DNA from: an uncultured Acidobacteriota bacterium
GTDB taxonomy: Bacteria; Acidobacteriota; Vicinamibacteria; Vicinamibacterales; UBA2999
Length of the DNA: 64,000 nucleotides
Direction: 5' to 3'
Assembly: GCA_963709325.1 (NCBI GenBank)
Contig: CAVPVV010000003.1
Location: 4,358,638-4,422,637, forward strand
In this document: in pieces, positions 62,385 through 64,000 of the stretch
Layout of the letters: every line of letters begins with the position of its first letter
Numbering within the stretch: position 1 is the first letter of the stretch
Position numbers and translations under genes: made by a program
Notes under the pieces: model-generated
Database searches by the model: none
What the model was told of the DNA's origin: nothing
What the model saw: only the letters and a program-made list of their open reading frames with translations

Positions 62385-64000
62385 ATGACGTTGAAACGCA
62401 GCATGTTTGCTGCGGCGCTGGTGCTGCTGTCGCTGGCCGCACTGCCGTCCGTGGCATGGGCACAGAGTGCCTTTGCTGGAGTCGTGCGAGACACGTCCGG
62501 GGCAGTCATGCCGGGCGTCACCGTGGAAGCCGCGAGCCCCGTCCTCATCGAGAAGCTCCGCTCCGCGGTCACCGATGAGAACGGCGCCTACCGTATCGTC
62601 GATCTGCGGCCGGGCACTTACACCCTCACGTTCACGCTCACCGGTTTCAACACCCAGGTTCGCGAGGGTGTGGAGCTGGGCGCGAACTTCGTCGCGACGA
62701 TCAACATCGAGCTCTCGGTCGGCACCCTGCAGGAGAGCGTGACCGTGTCCGGCGCCTCGCCGGTGGTGGACGTCCAGACCAACACCAAGCAGGTTCAGAT
62801 GACGCGCGACGTGCTCAGCGCGGTGCCGACCGCCGGCACCATCCAGGGCCTCGGCCAGCTCGTCGTCGGCGTCACGCTGAACGTGCCCGACGTCGGCGGC
62901 TCGCGCGCGATGCAGCAGACCTACTTCGCGGTCCGCGGCCAGGGCGGCGCGCAGACGGTGGTCCAAGTCGACGGCATGATGACCAACGGCCTCATGGGCG
63001 ACGGCGCGGTGCAGGCCTACCACAACGAGACGATGACCCAGGAAGCCGTGTACCAGACGGCCGGCGGCAACGCCGAGACCCTCACCGGCGGCCTCAACAT
63101 GAACCTGATCCCGAAGGACGGCGGCAACCAGTTCCGTGGCGCCTTCAAAGCCTACAAATCCCCCGAGTCGTGGCAGGGCGACAACCTCACCGACGACCTG
63201 CGCGCCAAGGGCGTGAACGCGGTCGACAAGATCTCGAACTTCTACGAGTGGAACGTCGAGCAGGGCGGACCGATTATCAAGAACAAGCTGTGGTTCTTCG
63301 GTGCCTTCCGAAAGGCCCGCTACGACCGGCCGATTGCCAACACCTACGGGATCCCGGCCGGCACCGCGAATGTCCCCGCGGCATTCCAGGCGTGCCTGCA
63401 GCCGGGGGCGGGCTGTGAGCAGGGCACGTCGGACGAGAAGATGGATAACCCGGTGCTCCGCCTCACGTGGCAGGCCAGCGAGAAGAACAAGATCGCCCTC
63501 TACGCCGATCGCGCCCTGCGCCTGCGCGGCCACGCGATGGCCTCGAACACCGAAGCCAACACGGCCTCGGTGGTGTGGCACACACCGTGGTTCGGCACCG
63601 GATCGGCCAAGTGGACGTCGACGATGTCGTCGAAGCTGCTCCTCGAGAACGGCTTCTCGTTCAATCGCGAGCGCTACGACAACGTGTATCAGCCGGGCAT
63701 TCTGGCCGAGCGCAACACGCCGGAGTGGTATCAGAACGTGCGGAAGAACGACACGTTCACGGGCCTGCTCTGGAACGCGTCGAGCGCGCAGCTCGGGAAC
63801 TTCCCCGACCGCTACAACCTGCAGGGCGCCGCTTCGTACGTCACGGGCACCCACAATATCAAGTTCGGCTATCAGTACCAGTGGGGCGTCTACCCGCGCT
63901 ACAACACCGCGAACGCCGACTTGTACCAGACTTACAACAACAGCGTTCCGTTCCAGGTCACGGTTCTGAACACGCCGCTCGAGGTGCGTGAGGACCTCAA
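62385..64000 (+). CDS. second TonB-dependent receptor-like protein with CarboxypepD_reg domain, 3' end beyond window
   Basis: Not in the ORF track because there is no stop in the window. I translated both ends by hand: MTLKRSMFAAALVLLSLAALPSVAWAQSAFAGVVRDTSGAVMPGVTVEA... and ...YNTANADLYQTYNNSVPFQVTVLNTPLEVREDL. It is paralogous to 56895..59915, and no ORF is listed in this frame. Confidence 0.85.
   Translation, partial: MTLKRSMFAAALVLLSLAALPSVAWAQSAFAGVVRDTSGAVMPGVTVEAASPVLIEKLRSAVTDENGAYRIVDLRPGTYTLTFTLTGFNTQVREGVELGANFVATINIELSVGTLQESVTVSGASPVVDVQTNTKQVQMTRDVLSAVPTAGTIQGLGQLVVGVTLNVPDVGGSRAMQQTYFAVRGQGGAQTVVQVDGMMTNGLMGDGAVQAYHNETMTQEAVYQTAGGNAETLTGGLNMNLIPKDGGNQFRGAFKAYKSPESWQGDNLTDDLRAKGVNAVDKISNFYEWNVEQGGPIIKNKLWFFGAFRKARYDRPIANTYGIPAGTANVPAAFQACLQPGAGCEQGTSDEKMDNPVLRLTWQASEKNKIALYADRALRLRGHAMASNTEANTASVVWHTPWFGTGSAKWTSTMSSKLLLENGFSFNRERYDNVYQPGILAERNTPEWYQNVRKNDTFTGLLWNASSAQLGNFPDRYNLQGAASYVTGTHNIKFGYQYQWGVYPRYNTANADLYQTYNNSVPFQVTVLNTPLEVREDL

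Noticed and set aside
1-64000. Search for mobile elements, prophage, rRNA/tRNA genes and known defence systems.
   Set aside because: I recognised no transposase, integrase, reverse transcriptase, phage structural, cas or restriction-modification motif in any frame. I saw no tRNA-like cloverleaf or rRNA-like conserved strings.

Overview
High-GC bacterial chromosomal segment. The gene content looks acidobacterial: two ADOP-type MacB-like permeases, CarboxypepD_reg-type TonB-dependent receptors, a TIGR03436-like VWA protein and many exported redox proteins. I support about 55 protein-coding genes. They include a hybrid histidine kinase plus a REC-PP2C regulator, a GltD-like flavoprotein with korAB, an exported copper/cytochrome c gene island, Crp/Fnr and TraR/DksA regulators, pgm, a split TPP decarboxylase, a cytochrome c plus PQQ dehydrogenase pair, a queD-like gene, BlaI/BlaR1-like genes, an RRM protein, a patatin-Omp85 protein, an amidase, an ECF sigma module and a GT39-like/TPR protein between two receptor paralogues. 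I found no rRNA, tRNA, CRISPR array, transposase or integrase. The strongest unexplained signal is non-coding. A family of long imperfect hairpins, built from reiterated 7-9 nt words, starts 0-5 nt after stop codons and fills the spacers between genes. One copy is inserted in frame inside a membrane-protein gene. The second signal is that five genes with clear conserved domains are each split by a single extra base, all within the first 28.4 kb; from sequence alone I cannot tell sequencing error from real decay. A decayed inverted partial copy of the Crp/Fnr gene sits head to head with the intact one. Smaller items are a Met/His-rich 29-codon ORF, a terminator-like switch in the RRM gene leader, a lanthanide-type DxD signature in the PQQ dehydrogenase, and two possibly leaderless genes. 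All functional calls rest on motifs read by eye, with no database search.
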